Shown piece by piece: positions 48,208-57,072 of a DNA stretch of 64,000 nucleotides. The notes under the pieces were generated by a model. The model did no database searches and had not been told where the DNA came from. It worked only from the letters and a program-made list of their open reading frames with translations. A program made the translations under genes and the position numbers. Location: contig CBDFKD010000002.1 of NCBI GenBank assembly GCA_965248695.1, positions 4,320,001-4,384,000 of the forward strand. The letters run 5' to 3'. Each line of letters begins with the position of its first letter. Within the stretch, counting starts at the first letter, position 1. This DNA is from Acidobacteriota bacterium (GTDB lineage Bacteria > Acidobacteriota > UBA890 > WLXD01).

Positions 48208-49587
48208 TCACAGATAGTCGACCGGATCGACGCCGGCGAGCTCCGGCTCCAGGGGCTGCTCGACCTGGATCTCGCCGGCGCTCAGATCGAGAGCCTCCGG
48301 TGGCTCCAGCTCCTCGCCGGCGGCGTCGCGAACGACCAGCACGTACGGCCGCTCTGGGTCGAGAAGGTTGGTGCTTCGCGCCACCGCAATACGGCCATCG
48401 CTCAGTTGGAGGCACGTACCCGGCGGGTAGTAGCCGAGCATGCGCCGGAAGCCTGCGAAGAGCTCAGCGTCGAACTTGTCGGTGGCGTCCTTTTCCATGA
48501 TCCGCATCGCAACGTCCGGCGCCAGCGCGTCACGGTAGGGCCGATTCGACCGTAGCGCGTCGTAGACGTCGGCCAGGCAAACGAGCTCGGACACCAGATG
48601 CAGGGGCCAGCGACCATAGTCGGTGTGTTGCTCGTCGTACGCCAGCTGGTGCTCGTAGGCGACCACGAAGGCCAGATCGTCGGCCGGCGACTCGAGGAGC
48701 ATGCGGGCGCCATCATCGCCATGGCGCTGCATCACCTCCCACTCTTCGTCAGTCAGCTTCCCCGGCTTGTTGAGCACGCCGTCGGGCACCATGACCTTAC
48801 CGATATCGTGCAGGATCGCGGCCAGCGCGACCTGGGTGAGCGCTTCGTGCGGCAGCTCCAGCCAGCGGGCGATCGTCAACGACAGCATCGCCACGTTGAG
48901 CGAATGGGTGTACGAGTAGTCATCATGGTTCTTGAGGGTATGCAACAGCGAGAATGCCTGTGGCTGCGCCTCGACCACGTCGGCGAGGTCGCTGGCTAGC
49001 GCGACCGCATGGGTTATCGAATCGGTATCGATACCGTGTTCCAGACGGCCCTTGGGCTGATGCATGTTCTCCAGGTTGGCCGAGTAGACCTCCCAGGCGC
49101 GCGATAGTGTCGGTACGGTGCGTGCGGAGCCCGTCGGCCCGGTTCCTGCGTCGCCGCTCAGTGGCGCGGCTTCGATGTTCTGCACAGCTTCTTTCGCCAG
49201 AAGCGTCTCGATGCCGCCCTCGGCTTCGAGCGTCTCCTGCCGTGCGTTGAGGGCGCCGACCAGAGCCCTGAGCTCCCATCGGCGGACGCCGCGCGATATC
49301 GCCATGCGGCCGATGCCCTGGCGCCGGAACAGCTCCGACAGGCCCTCCAGAACCTCGCCGTGGACCGGAAGTGGCTCATTGTCGAGAATGAACTCTCCGT
49401 CAGCAAGGGCGAAGCGCAGGTCGCCCCTATCGGCCAGCAGTCCGACGGTGCGAAGGTACAGGTCGCGCATCGCGCCAACCGCTCGCGGGTGATCCTTCGG
49501 GTAGATGGCCTGGCTCTGTTGGGCGCACAGCAGGTGTCGACCGAGCTCCACCAGGACGTCTTCTCCGGAACTGCACTCACGCGGCAC
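48208..49587 (-). CDS. HD-GYP-like (HD_5) phosphohydrolase with a degenerate GYP loop
   Basis: HSLNVA, LHDIGK, LNKPGKLTDEEW, ADVYDALRSNRPYR, LGYYPPGT. Confidence 0.85.
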   Translation of the reverse strand: MPRECSSGEDVLVELGRHLLCAQQSQAIYPKDHPRAVGAMRDLYLRTVGLLADRGDLRFALADGEFILDNEPLPVHGEVLEGLSELFRRQGIGRMAISRGVRRWELRALVGALNARQETLEAEGGIETLLAKEAVQNIEAAPLSGDAGTGPTGSARTVPTLSRAWEVYSANLENMHQPKGRLEHGIDTDSITHAVALASDLADVVEAQPQAFSLLHTLKNHDDYSYTHSLNVAMLSLTIARWLELPHEALTQVALAAILHDIGKVMVPDGVLNKPGKLTDEEWEVMQRHGDDGARMLLESPADDLAFVVAYEHQLAYDEQHTDYGRWPLHLVSELVCLADVYDALRSNRPYRDALAPDVAMRIMEKDATDKFDAELFAGFRRMLGYYPPGTCLQLSDGRIAVARSTNLLDPERPYVLVVRDAAGEELEPPEALDLSAGEIQVEQPLEPELAGVDPVDYL

Positions 49588-51742
49588 GGGCGGTGTCCTG
49601 TGGTTGTGGCGCTACGGCGGTCTGCGGCTCGCTCTGCTGCCGTTGGCGTCGCTGGATGCTCTTCACGGCAGCGATAGCTGCCCGGGCGGCCGTGCGGCGG
49701 CGCCGGCGAAACAGCCAGGCTCGACGCGTCAGCGGCACCAGGGCGCCGAGGGCGGCCTCATCGCCGATCTGAGCGAGCGCTCTCGCGGCCGCGGCGATCC
49801 GGCGCGTGTTCCGACCACTCCAATTCGGCAGCGACAGATGCTCCAAGAGAATCTCCTGGGAGCGGCGCTTGAACCGTTGCCGGAAGGCACGGAGGGCGGC
49901 GACGCGTACTTCCAGCGTCGTATCCGCAAGTGCCTCGAGCAGGACCGGCTCAGAGCACTCGTCGGGCAGAAAAGCGAATCCTCCGACGGCCTCGCGTCGG
50001 ACCGTGGCGTCGTTATGACGTGCCGCCAGCCCGAGCAGTGGGGCGAGATCTGGCCGGCGCAGCTGGGCGAGCACCCAGACGAGATTCCGCACGAAAGGAA
50101 TGCGCTCGTCATTGAGCCGCTCGCCGAGGTCTTCCGTTGGCAGCGTCTGCATGCCACCGAGGATGCGCCGTAGATGGTGCCGATACGAGGGTGATCGAGC
50201 TGTGGCGAGCGCCTCGAGCAGCTCCGGCAGGAGGTCGACTCCCAGGTGGTCCACGATTCTCCACAAGACTGGGAAGCTCTCGCCTGCCGAACGTGCCAGA
50301 CGCCGGACGAGGAGCACCGCCAGCTCCGGTTGCTGTATCTGCGCCAGTGCGCGGCGGGCGAGCTCGCGCTCCTCCGTGCTGCGGCCGGTGTCGCTGGCGT
50401 GATGAGCGAGAGTCGAGAGAATCTCCTCGAGCAGCCCCAGCTCGTTGTTCTGCACGATGGTTTCGAGGGAGCTCTCGATGGCATCGATCAAATGCTCGTA
50501 GAAACGCGAGTCACGATTGCTTATTAGCAGGGAATGCGCGATTCGCGCCTTGCGCACTCGCAACGAGTCCTCGCCAAGCTCGCCGAAGCGAGCGCGGATC
50601 TTACCGCTGTTCCACGGCGACTTGCCTTCCGACGACTCGTGTTCCAAGGCCGCGCGATAGTCGTCGGGCACGAACGGGTCCGGGTTCTCGCCAGTCATGA
50701 CCTCGACGAGATGGGGCCATGCCTCTTGGACATCAACTGAGGAACGCTCGGCAAGGTGTACCGCCCGGCTGGCGATCTGAGATCGGTCGGTGCGACCCGA
50801 CACAACGCGCGACAGGAACTTGTAGAGCCGCGGTGTTGCCCGCGAACGGGATTGCATCGCGTAATTCACCAACCGCATGACCTGCCCACCGGAAAGCGCC
50901 TGGGCGACGCGCTCGGTGAGGTCTATCGGGTCGCTGACCTCGGTGCCCGCCTGCAGGGGCAGAGGGTCGGTGAGCACCTCGATCCAGGCTTCCGGGTCGA
51001 GGTCGTCGAACAGGCCGGCAGACGTCTCGACCAGTGTCTCGATCAGGTTGGCGACATCGGGCGCGCGCCCGGCGATCTGTTCGACGAGCAAGGTGAAGCC
51101 GTCGGTTTGCGAGTGTCGGGCCATCTCCGAGGGTTGACGGGCCGGATCCAGCGCCCAGCGGAAGAAATCGCCGGCGCACTCCGCGTCCGCCGCGAGCTCC
51201 TCCCATTGCAGCGGAGGAGCGCCGCTCGGGCCCCCGAAGCCGGCCAAGATCTGGCCCCAAACGTCGTCCGGGTCGAACCGATGGGAGCCGCCATCGACGA
51301 GCCCTTGAAGCTGTAGCGGATCGGCGTGGATTCCGGGGATACCGCCGAGCAGCAGCGTGTCTCCGTCGTGCTCGAACTCCTGCTGCGCCAGGGTGGTGAT
51401 CAGCGTTCGCACCGAGTCCATCGGCAGGCCGGGGCCCAACGTCAGGCGAGCGACGCGGCGCCGATGCAGCTGCGCAGCCAGTCGCTCGAGAATGACCGAC
51501 CGTGTCTGGCGCGTTCGCGGCGCGGTCCAGGAGATCTCCTCGGGGCGGATTTGTATCGATAGAGGCTCGGTGCCTATCGCCGCCACCAGGGAGGAGTGCG
51601 CCGTCTCGAGCGCCGTGACCACCGCGGGGGCCGAAGCTGGGTACATCCGACTGGTGTGCACCGCAATGTCGAGTCGGCGCAGTGCTTCCGCCGGGTCGTT
51701 GTCCGGCTCCGTGCTGTCCAGGTGCAGGGTGTCGGTGCACAT
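49577..51742 (-). CDS. HEAT-repeat protein with an N-terminal domain related to that of the neighbouring HD protein
   Basis: C-terminal HEAT units (FVRNLVWVLAQL, VRREAVGGF, VRVAALRAF, AAARALAQIG); overlaps the HD gene start; ATG at 51742 chosen. Confidence 0.75.
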   Translation of the reverse strand: MCTDTLHLDSTEPDNDPAEALRRLDIAVHTSRMYPASAPAVVTALETAHSSLVAAIGTEPLSIQIRPEEISWTAPRTRQTRSVILERLAAQLHRRRVARLTLGPGLPMDSVRTLITTLAQQEFEHDGDTLLLGGIPGIHADPLQLQGLVDGGSHRFDPDDVWGQILAGFGGPSGAPPLQWEELAADAECAGDFFRWALDPARQPSEMARHSQTDGFTLLVEQIAGRAPDVANLIETLVETSAGLFDDLDPEAWIEVLTDPLPLQAGTEVSDPIDLTERVAQALSGGQVMRLVNYAMQSRSRATPRLYKFLSRVVSGRTDRSQIASRAVHLAERSSVDVQEAWPHLVEVMTGENPDPFVPDDYRAALEHESSEGKSPWNSGKIRARFGELGEDSLRVRKARIAHSLLISNRDSRFYEHLIDAIESSLETIVQNNELGLLEEILSTLAHHASDTGRSTEERELARRALAQIQQPELAVLLVRRLARSAGESFPVLWRIVDHLGVDLLPELLEALATARSPSYRHHLRRILGGMQTLPTEDLGERLNDERIPFVRNLVWVLAQLRRPDLAPLLGLAARHNDATVRREAVGGFAFLPDECSEPVLLEALADTTLEVRVAALRAFRQRFKRRSQEILLEHLSLPNWSGRNTRRIAAAARALAQIGDEAALGALVPLTRRAWLFRRRRRTAARAAIAAVKSIQRRQRQQSEPQTAVAPQPQDTARAA

Positions 51743-51768
51743 TGTCGATCTCAGCGTCGGACTGGCGA

Positions 51769-52209
51769 TCAGCTCGCCTCGCGTAGCTGGGAACCGGTGT
51801 ACTTGTCTGTGATCGCGGTCCGGAGGTCGCCATCCGCGGCGGCGACGGGTAGCACGCAAAGCTGCGTGGCCTCTTCGATCTCCGTGATGACCGACTGATC
51901 CAGCGGATCCACCATCGCCAACACCAAGTGCCCTCCGGTTCGTACGAGCCCGAGACAGCAGTGACGTTCGGCCAACTCATGCGGCACGGTTAGCACCACC
52001 TCCGTGCTCACCTTCGCGAGCGCGGCGGCGCTTACCGAGGCCTTCGGCTGCGCTAGTAGTGCCTCGACGATGTCCGCACGCGAGACGACACCCATCTGCA
52101 GGAGAATCTCGCCGACCTGTCGGTCGGTCTCGCGCTGGCGCCTGAGCGCTTCGCGTAGCTGATCGCGTCCGATCAATCGCCGGAACAGCAGTATCTGGCC
52201 GAGCTTCAT
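51769..52209 (-). CDS. Stand-alone MshEN (T2SSE N-terminal) domain protein, putative c-di-GMP receptor
   Basis: Two 24-aa motifs with a 5-aa linker (KLGQILL...ALRRQ, RETDR, QVGEILL...ALLAQ), then LVLAMVDPLD; no ATPase domain. Confidence 0.8.
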   Translation of the reverse strand: MKLGQILLFRRLIGRDQLREALRRQRETDRQVGEILLQMGVVSRADIVEALLAQPKASVSAAALAKVSTEVVLTVPHELAERHCCLGLVRTGGHLVLAMVDPLDQSVITEIEEATQLCVLPVAAADGDLRTAITDKYTGSQLREAS

Positions 52210-52258
52210 TGGCCCATCCGAAGTGAACTGTGAGTGGGTCTACTCGTAATGGGAACAC

Positions 52259-52310
52259 TAAAAGATAGTAAAAAGCAATAAAAATCTGTTAAAGATCATA
52301 AAGGATAATG
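52259..52310. promoter_or_regulatory. AT-rich phased A-tract / 10-bp repeat array between the divergent MshEN gene and lptB
   Basis: TAAA at 52259, 52269, 52279, 52290 and 52299 in an otherwise GC-rich window. Confidence 0.6.
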
Positions 52311-52470
52311 TTGGACCTCATGGCCTCGTATGGCACAATAGAGTCGGTCGAAGCGGTTTCGATCGTCGCCCGGCCACGGCCTAGTGAGGCGGGCCGGGAC
52401 GAGGCCCCTGGAAGGGCGTAAGCGACTTCAAACAAAAGAGAAATCGCCACTACGACGATCTCGGGTTACG

Positions 52471-52500
52471 TTGACCCGGCCATCGTCACATTGGTACGAT
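52471..52500 (+). promoter_or_regulatory. Sigma70 promoter for lptB-rpoN
   Basis: TTGACC, 18-nt spacer, TACGAT with extended TG. Confidence 0.55.
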
Positions 52501-52506
52501 ATCTGC

Positions 52507-53325
52507 ATGCAGGAACCTTCGAACCCCTCGGACACCGCGAGCGCGGCGCCGCTCAGCCAGTCGGCTTCACCGGTGCGACCAGATCCGGACCAGCCCGTGC
52601 GGACCTTGCAGGTCGAGGGGCTCGTCAAGGCATACAGTGGCCGACGCGTCGTGGACGGGATCAATTTCGGTATCTCTCAGGGTGAGGTCGTCGGGCTCCT
52701 TGGTCCCAACGGCGCCGGCAAGACGACTACGTTCTACATGGTGGTCGGGCTGGTCCGTCCGGACGCAGGGCGCATCCGCGCCGCCGACATCGAGATCACC
52801 CGAGAGCCGATGTACATCCGAGCTCGCCGCCACGGAATCTCCTATCTGCCGCAAGAGCCCTCGGTTTTCAGGCGTCTCACGGTGGAGGAGAACCTCATGG
52901 CGATTCTCGAGGGCTTGCGACTGACCCGTCAGGAGCGTCGCCGCCGTTGCAAGGTATTGCTGACGGATCTCGGGCTTACCCATCTGGCCGATCATCGTGC
53001 CTACACGTTGTCTGGAGGCGAACGGCGACGCGTCGAGATCGCTCGGGCGCTGACGACCAACCCCTCGTTCCTGCTTCTCGACGAGCCGTTCACGGGTATC
53101 GATCCGATCGCCATCAACGATATCCAGCAACTCGTACGTGAGCTGCGTATGCGCGGTATCGGTGTGCTGGTAACTGATCACAATGTGCGCGAGACCCTGC
53201 GCATTACCGATCGCGCATACATCATCACGGACGGCCAGATCTTTCGTTCCGGCGCTCCTGGAGATCTCGAGCGTGACTCACAGGTCCGCAAGATCTATCT
53301 GGGCGAATCCTTCAGCCTCAACTGA
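52507..53325 (+). CDS. lptB: LPS export ABC transporter ATP-binding protein
   Basis: [45 protein letters not shown]; followed by rpoN. Confidence 0.96.
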   Translation: MQEPSNPSDTASAAPLSQSASPVRPDPDQPVRTLQVEGLVKAYSGRRVVDGINFGISQGEVVGLLGPNGAGKTTTFYMVVGLVRPDAGRIRAADIEITREPMYIRARRHGISYLPQEPSVFRRLTVEENLMAILEGLRLTRQERRRRCKVLLTDLGLTHLADHRAYTLSGGERRRVEIARALTTNPSFLLLDEPFTGIDPIAINDIQQLVRELRMRGIGVLVTDHNVRETLRITDRAYIITDGQIFRSGAPGDLERDSQVRKIYLGESFSLN

Positions 53326-53328
53326 GCC

Positions 53329-54768
53329 ATGGCACTAGAGCAGCGACTTTCCGTACGACTGCAGCAACGGCTGGTAATGACGCCTGCCCTGCAGCTTGCG
53401 ATCAAGCTCCTGCAGCTGAACAAGCTCGAGCTCGAGACCACGTTGCAGCAGGAGATGGTGGAGAACCCGGTCCTCGAGGAGCACGAGGAGCTCGAGGAAC
53501 CGAGTGTCGCGGAGCGCGCGGAAGCTGAAGCTGCGGCGGAGACACCGCTCGAAGAACCGGCAGCGGGCACGGAAGAGCTGGCCGATAGCTTTGACGCCGA
53601 CGAGTTTTTCTCGAAGATGTTCGACTACCAGCCAACCACCGCGAATATGCGCGAGGTGGGTGAAGCGCCGCCGTTCGAGAGCACTTTGACCGCCGTGCCG
53701 TCGCTGGTTGATCACCTGATGTGGCAGTTGGAGATGACCGACCTGGGGCCGGGCCAGATGGCGATCTGCCAGGCGATCTTGGGCAATCTGGACGAGAGCG
53801 GGTACTTACGCGCCAGCAGCACAGAAATCGCCGCGATGGGGCCATGGCCGGTGCTCGAGGTCGAGCGCGTGTTGGCCAGCGTGCAGGCGTTGGATCCGCT
53901 CGGCGTGGCAGCTCGCGATGTGCGCGAGTGCTTGTTCCTGCAGCTCGAGCGCCTAGGCGTGGAGAGCCAGTTGCCAGGCGTCATCGTGCGCGATCACATG
54001 GACGCGCTAACGGCACATCGCTTCAAGGATATCGCCCGAGCCACACGCACGCGGTTAGAGGAGATCGCCGAGGCGGTCGAGATCATCCGTGCACTCAATC
54101 CCAAGCCGGGGCAGGCGTTCACGGCAGAAGCGCCGCGCTATATCGTGCCGGACGTATACGTCCGCAAGGACGGCGACGAGTACATCGCCACCGTCAATGA
54201 CGACGGACTGCCGAAGCTGCGTGTGTCGCGCCTCTACCGCGACATGTTGCGCTCGGACAACGGTCTCTCCAAACAGGCTAGCGAGTATCTACAGGAAAAA
54301 ATGCGCTCAGCGCTGTGGCTCATCAAGTCCTATGGGCAGCGCCAGCGCACCATCGGCAAGGTAGCGGCGAGTATCCTCGTTCAGCAGCGCGACTTCTTCG
54401 ACCATGGACTGGCGGCTTTACGCCCGATGGTGTTGCGGGACGTTGCTGAGGACATCGGTATGCACGAGTCGACCGTGTCACGCGTGGTCAACGGCAAGTA
54501 CATGCACACGCCGCAGGGCGTGTTCGAGATGAGGTTCTTCTTCCATAGCGGCCTCGGGCACGCTAGTGGTTCCGACGTCTCGTCGGTCAGCGTGAAGGAC
54601 AAGATCCGCAGGCTCATCGACGCCGAGGAAGCTCGGAAGCCACTGTCTGACGCGGCTATCGCCAATCGGCTCAAGGAGGGAGGGCTGGTGATCGCGCGGC
54701 GGACGGTGGCGAAGTACCGTGAGGAAATGGCCATCCCTGCCTCGAGGGCCCGGCGCGCGATAGGCTAG
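53329..54768 (+). CDS. rpoN: RNA polymerase sigma-54 factor
   Basis: Q/L-rich region I, HESTVSR, RpoN box ARRTVAKYRE. Confidence 0.98.
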   Translation: MALEQRLSVRLQQRLVMTPALQLAIKLLQLNKLELETTLQQEMVENPVLEEHEELEEPSVAERAEAEAAAETPLEEPAAGTEELADSFDADEFFSKMFDYQPTTANMREVGEAPPFESTLTAVPSLVDHLMWQLEMTDLGPGQMAICQAILGNLDESGYLRASSTEIAAMGPWPVLEVERVLASVQALDPLGVAARDVRECLFLQLERLGVESQLPGVIVRDHMDALTAHRFKDIARATRTRLEEIAEAVEIIRALNPKPGQAFTAEAPRYIVPDVYVRKDGDEYIATVNDDGLPKLRVSRLYRDMLRSDNGLSKQASEYLQEKMRSALWLIKSYGQRQRTIGKVAASILVQQRDFFDHGLAALRPMVLRDVAEDIGMHESTVSRVVNGKYMHTPQGVFEMRFFFHSGLGHASGSDVSSVSVKDKIRRLIDAEEARKPLSDAAIANRLKEGGLVIARRTVAKYREEMAIPASRARRAIG

Positions 54769-54824
54769 TGGTTTCAACGGGTATCGGATGCAGCATCCTT
54801 TCAGCTGAGGAGGAAGCCGAGTCC

Positions 54825-55169
54825 ATGGACATCGACTGGACGATCCGGGGCACTTCGGTAGGGCATTCCCTACGCGACAAGGTCGAGCAACACCTGCGTA
54901 AGCTGGGGCGTTTCTTGCAAGGCGACGAGGCGGCCCGTGTCGTCGTAACGCAGGAGGGTGATGGTCCGCTGTTGCACCACACGGTGGAGATCATCGTGCG
55001 CCATCGACGCGGCACGTTCACCGCCAAGAAGGAATCACCGGATCTGACCGGTGCCGTTCGCGATGTGCTGCGCCGGCTCGAGATTCAGGCGCACAAGGCG
55101 CACGACAAGTTGGTCGAGCGCCGGCGTCACGGTGCTGGCGTCTTCTCCGAGCCGATGGAAGCTCCTTGA
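54825..55169 (+). CDS. hpf: Ribosome hibernation factor HPF/RaiA, short and divergent
   Basis: S30AE-like pattern (LRKLGRF...VEIIV...DLTGAV...LEIQAHKAHDK); position after rpoN. Confidence 0.75.
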   Translation: MDIDWTIRGTSVGHSLRDKVEQHLRKLGRFLQGDEAARVVVTQEGDGPLLHHTVEIIVRHRRGTFTAKKESPDLTGAVRDVLRRLEIQAHKAHDKLVERRRHGAGVFSEPMEAP

Positions 55170-55190
55170 GGGCTATCGGGACGTAAACGC

Positions 55191-56192
55191 GTGAGCTCAG
55201 AGGCGTCGGACGCAACTGTCGGGGTACCGGTTCTCGAGCTGCTCGATTCGGGCAACGAGTACCTTCAAGTCGAGCTTGTCGCCGGGGCGTCCGGCATCGA
55301 GAAACGGATCACCCACCAGCGGATTCAGAAACCGGGCCTGGCGATGGCCGGCGATGTGGGGTTTATCCACCCGGGACGCGTGCAGGTCTTCGGCGAATCC
55401 GAGATCACCTACCTGAAGGATCTCGACCCGGACCAGCGGCGGGCACTGCTGGAACCGATCACTGCTTGCCCACTGTCTTGCGTCGCGATCACCAAGAGTC
55501 TGGAAGTGCCATCGGAGCTGCGCGACCTATGCGAGGCGCATTCCATTCCGCTATTGCGCAGCTCCCTGCTGTCTTCGGCGTTCATCGATCGGCTCAACCA
55601 CTTTCTGGACGCGCACTTCGCTCCGCGCACGACCGTGCACGGGGTGATGGTCGACATCCTCGGCGTCGGCGTGCTGATTACCGGACCGTCGGGGATCGGC
55701 AAGAGTGAGTGCGCACTCGATCTGGTCATGCGTGGGCATCGGCTGGTCTCCGACGACATCGTGGAGATCCGCTGCCGCCAGGGCGAGATCTTGGTTGCGC
55801 GCGGGCCCGAGTTGGTGCGGCATCACATGGAGGTGCGCGGGCTAGGGATCATAAACATCGCGCATCTGTTCGGCGTTGCATCAACACGTCAACGCAAGCG
55901 CGTCGAGTTGGTCATCGACCTGCAGCAGGGTGACGTCACCAACGATTGCGAGCGACTGGGACTCGATGTCGAGACCACCGATCTGCTGGGTGTAGACATT
56001 CCGCTGATTCGCTTGCCGGTGGTGCCCGGTCGCATTGTCGCGAACCTTGCCGAGGTGGCGACCCGTAACCTGCTGTTGCGCCTGAAGGGATTCAATCCGG
56101 CCGCCGATCTCGACTCGAGACTACGCCAGGCAATGGAACATCCGCAGTATGCGCTGGGAGCGTACGGTCTCGATGAGGGGGATCTGGAGTGA
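55191..56192 (+). CDS. hprK: HPr kinase/phosphorylase
   Basis: HGVMVD, GPSGIGKSECALDL, HRLVSDD, MEVRGLGII. Confidence 0.96.
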   Translation: MSSEASDATVGVPVLELLDSGNEYLQVELVAGASGIEKRITHQRIQKPGLAMAGDVGFIHPGRVQVFGESEITYLKDLDPDQRRALLEPITACPLSCVAITKSLEVPSELRDLCEAHSIPLLRSSLLSSAFIDRLNHFLDAHFAPRTTVHGVMVDILGVGVLITGPSGIGKSECALDLVMRGHRLVSDDIVEIRCRQGEILVARGPELVRHHMEVRGLGIINIAHLFGVASTRQRKRVELVIDLQQGDVTNDCERLGLDVETTDLLGVDIPLIRLPVVPGRIVANLAEVATRNLLLRLKGFNPAADLDSRLRQAMEHPQYALGAYGLDEGDLE

Positions 56193-57072
56193 GCAGCAGC
56201 CGAATCCTCATCGTCTCCGGCATGTCAGGTGCCGGCAAAACGAGTGCGCTACGGGCCTTCGAAGACATCGGCTACTACTGCGTCGACAACTTGCCTCCAC
56301 CGCTGATGCAAACCTGCGTCGACCTTTGCCACCGGGCCACACCAAGCTTGGCGCGGCTAGCGTTGGCTATCGACGCTCGCACTGGCGAGTTCCTGGATCA
56401 GTTCGGTCCGGCTTGGGCGGATCTGAAGGGGCGGGCGGCAGGATCGCTGCTGCTGTTCTTCGATGCTCCCGACAGCACGCTGGTGCATCGCTTCTCGGAA
56501 ACTCGCAGACCACATCCGCTTGCCCCCAGGGGGTCGGTGGAGGAAGGGATTCAGGCCGAACGCCAGGTTCTCCTGCCGCTCCGGGACCTGGCCGACACGG
56601 TGATCGACACGGGCGAGTTCAACGTTCGATCGTTGCGCCAGTTCCTCCTCAAGCGCTTCGCCGATGGCGACGCCGCGGCGCTCAACATTGCCGTTACCAG
56701 CTTCGCCTACCGCAACGGTGTGTTGCCGAACGCTGATCTCGTGTTCGACGTACGCTTCCTGCCGAACCCCACTACGAACCGGCCTTGCGCTCGCTCACGG
56801 GTCTGGACGCCCCGGTCCGTCGGTTCGTGGAGTCCAGTGCCAACACCGAGGAGTTTCTCGGCCACTTGGAACGACTGTTGACCTTTCTGCTGCCGCGGTA
56901 CGGCGACGAGGGGAAGGCATACCTGACGCTCGCTTTCGGATGTACGGGCGGACGGCATCGCTCGGTAGCGATTGCCAGCATGGTTGCCGCCAGCCTGCGG
57001 GATCGCGGCCATCCGACCACGCTCACGCATGCCGACCTGGGCGCGGTGCCCGCGCGTAGGGCGGCCCGATGA
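56189..57072 (+). pseudogene. rapZ: RNase adapter RapZ, split by a 1-nt frameshift near 56767-56770 (pseudogene or sequencing error)
   Basis: GMSGAGKT, CVDNLP, RFSETRRPHPL and DVRFLPNP in one frame; HYEPALRSLTG...GCTGGRHRSV continues in another. Confidence 0.85.

Noticed and set aside
47628-48217. Short ORFs ending in or containing HFHHGLL on both strands
   Set aside because: Translations of the inverted repeat itself; no transposase domain
52259-52310. AT-rich repeats as a CRISPR array or replication origin
   Set aside because: Units are 10 bp with no spacers, no cas genes and no DnaA boxes recognised
52331-52346. TGGCAC as a possible sigma54 promoter near rpoN (also at ~39772 and ~59059)
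   Set aside because: None has the GC dinucleotide 10 nt after the GG
52368-52398. CCACGGCCTAG resembling the MITE end, as a possible right boundary of a composite element
   Set aside because: Only about 9 nt match, and the sequence is explained by a local hairpin (CCCGGCC...GGCCGGG)
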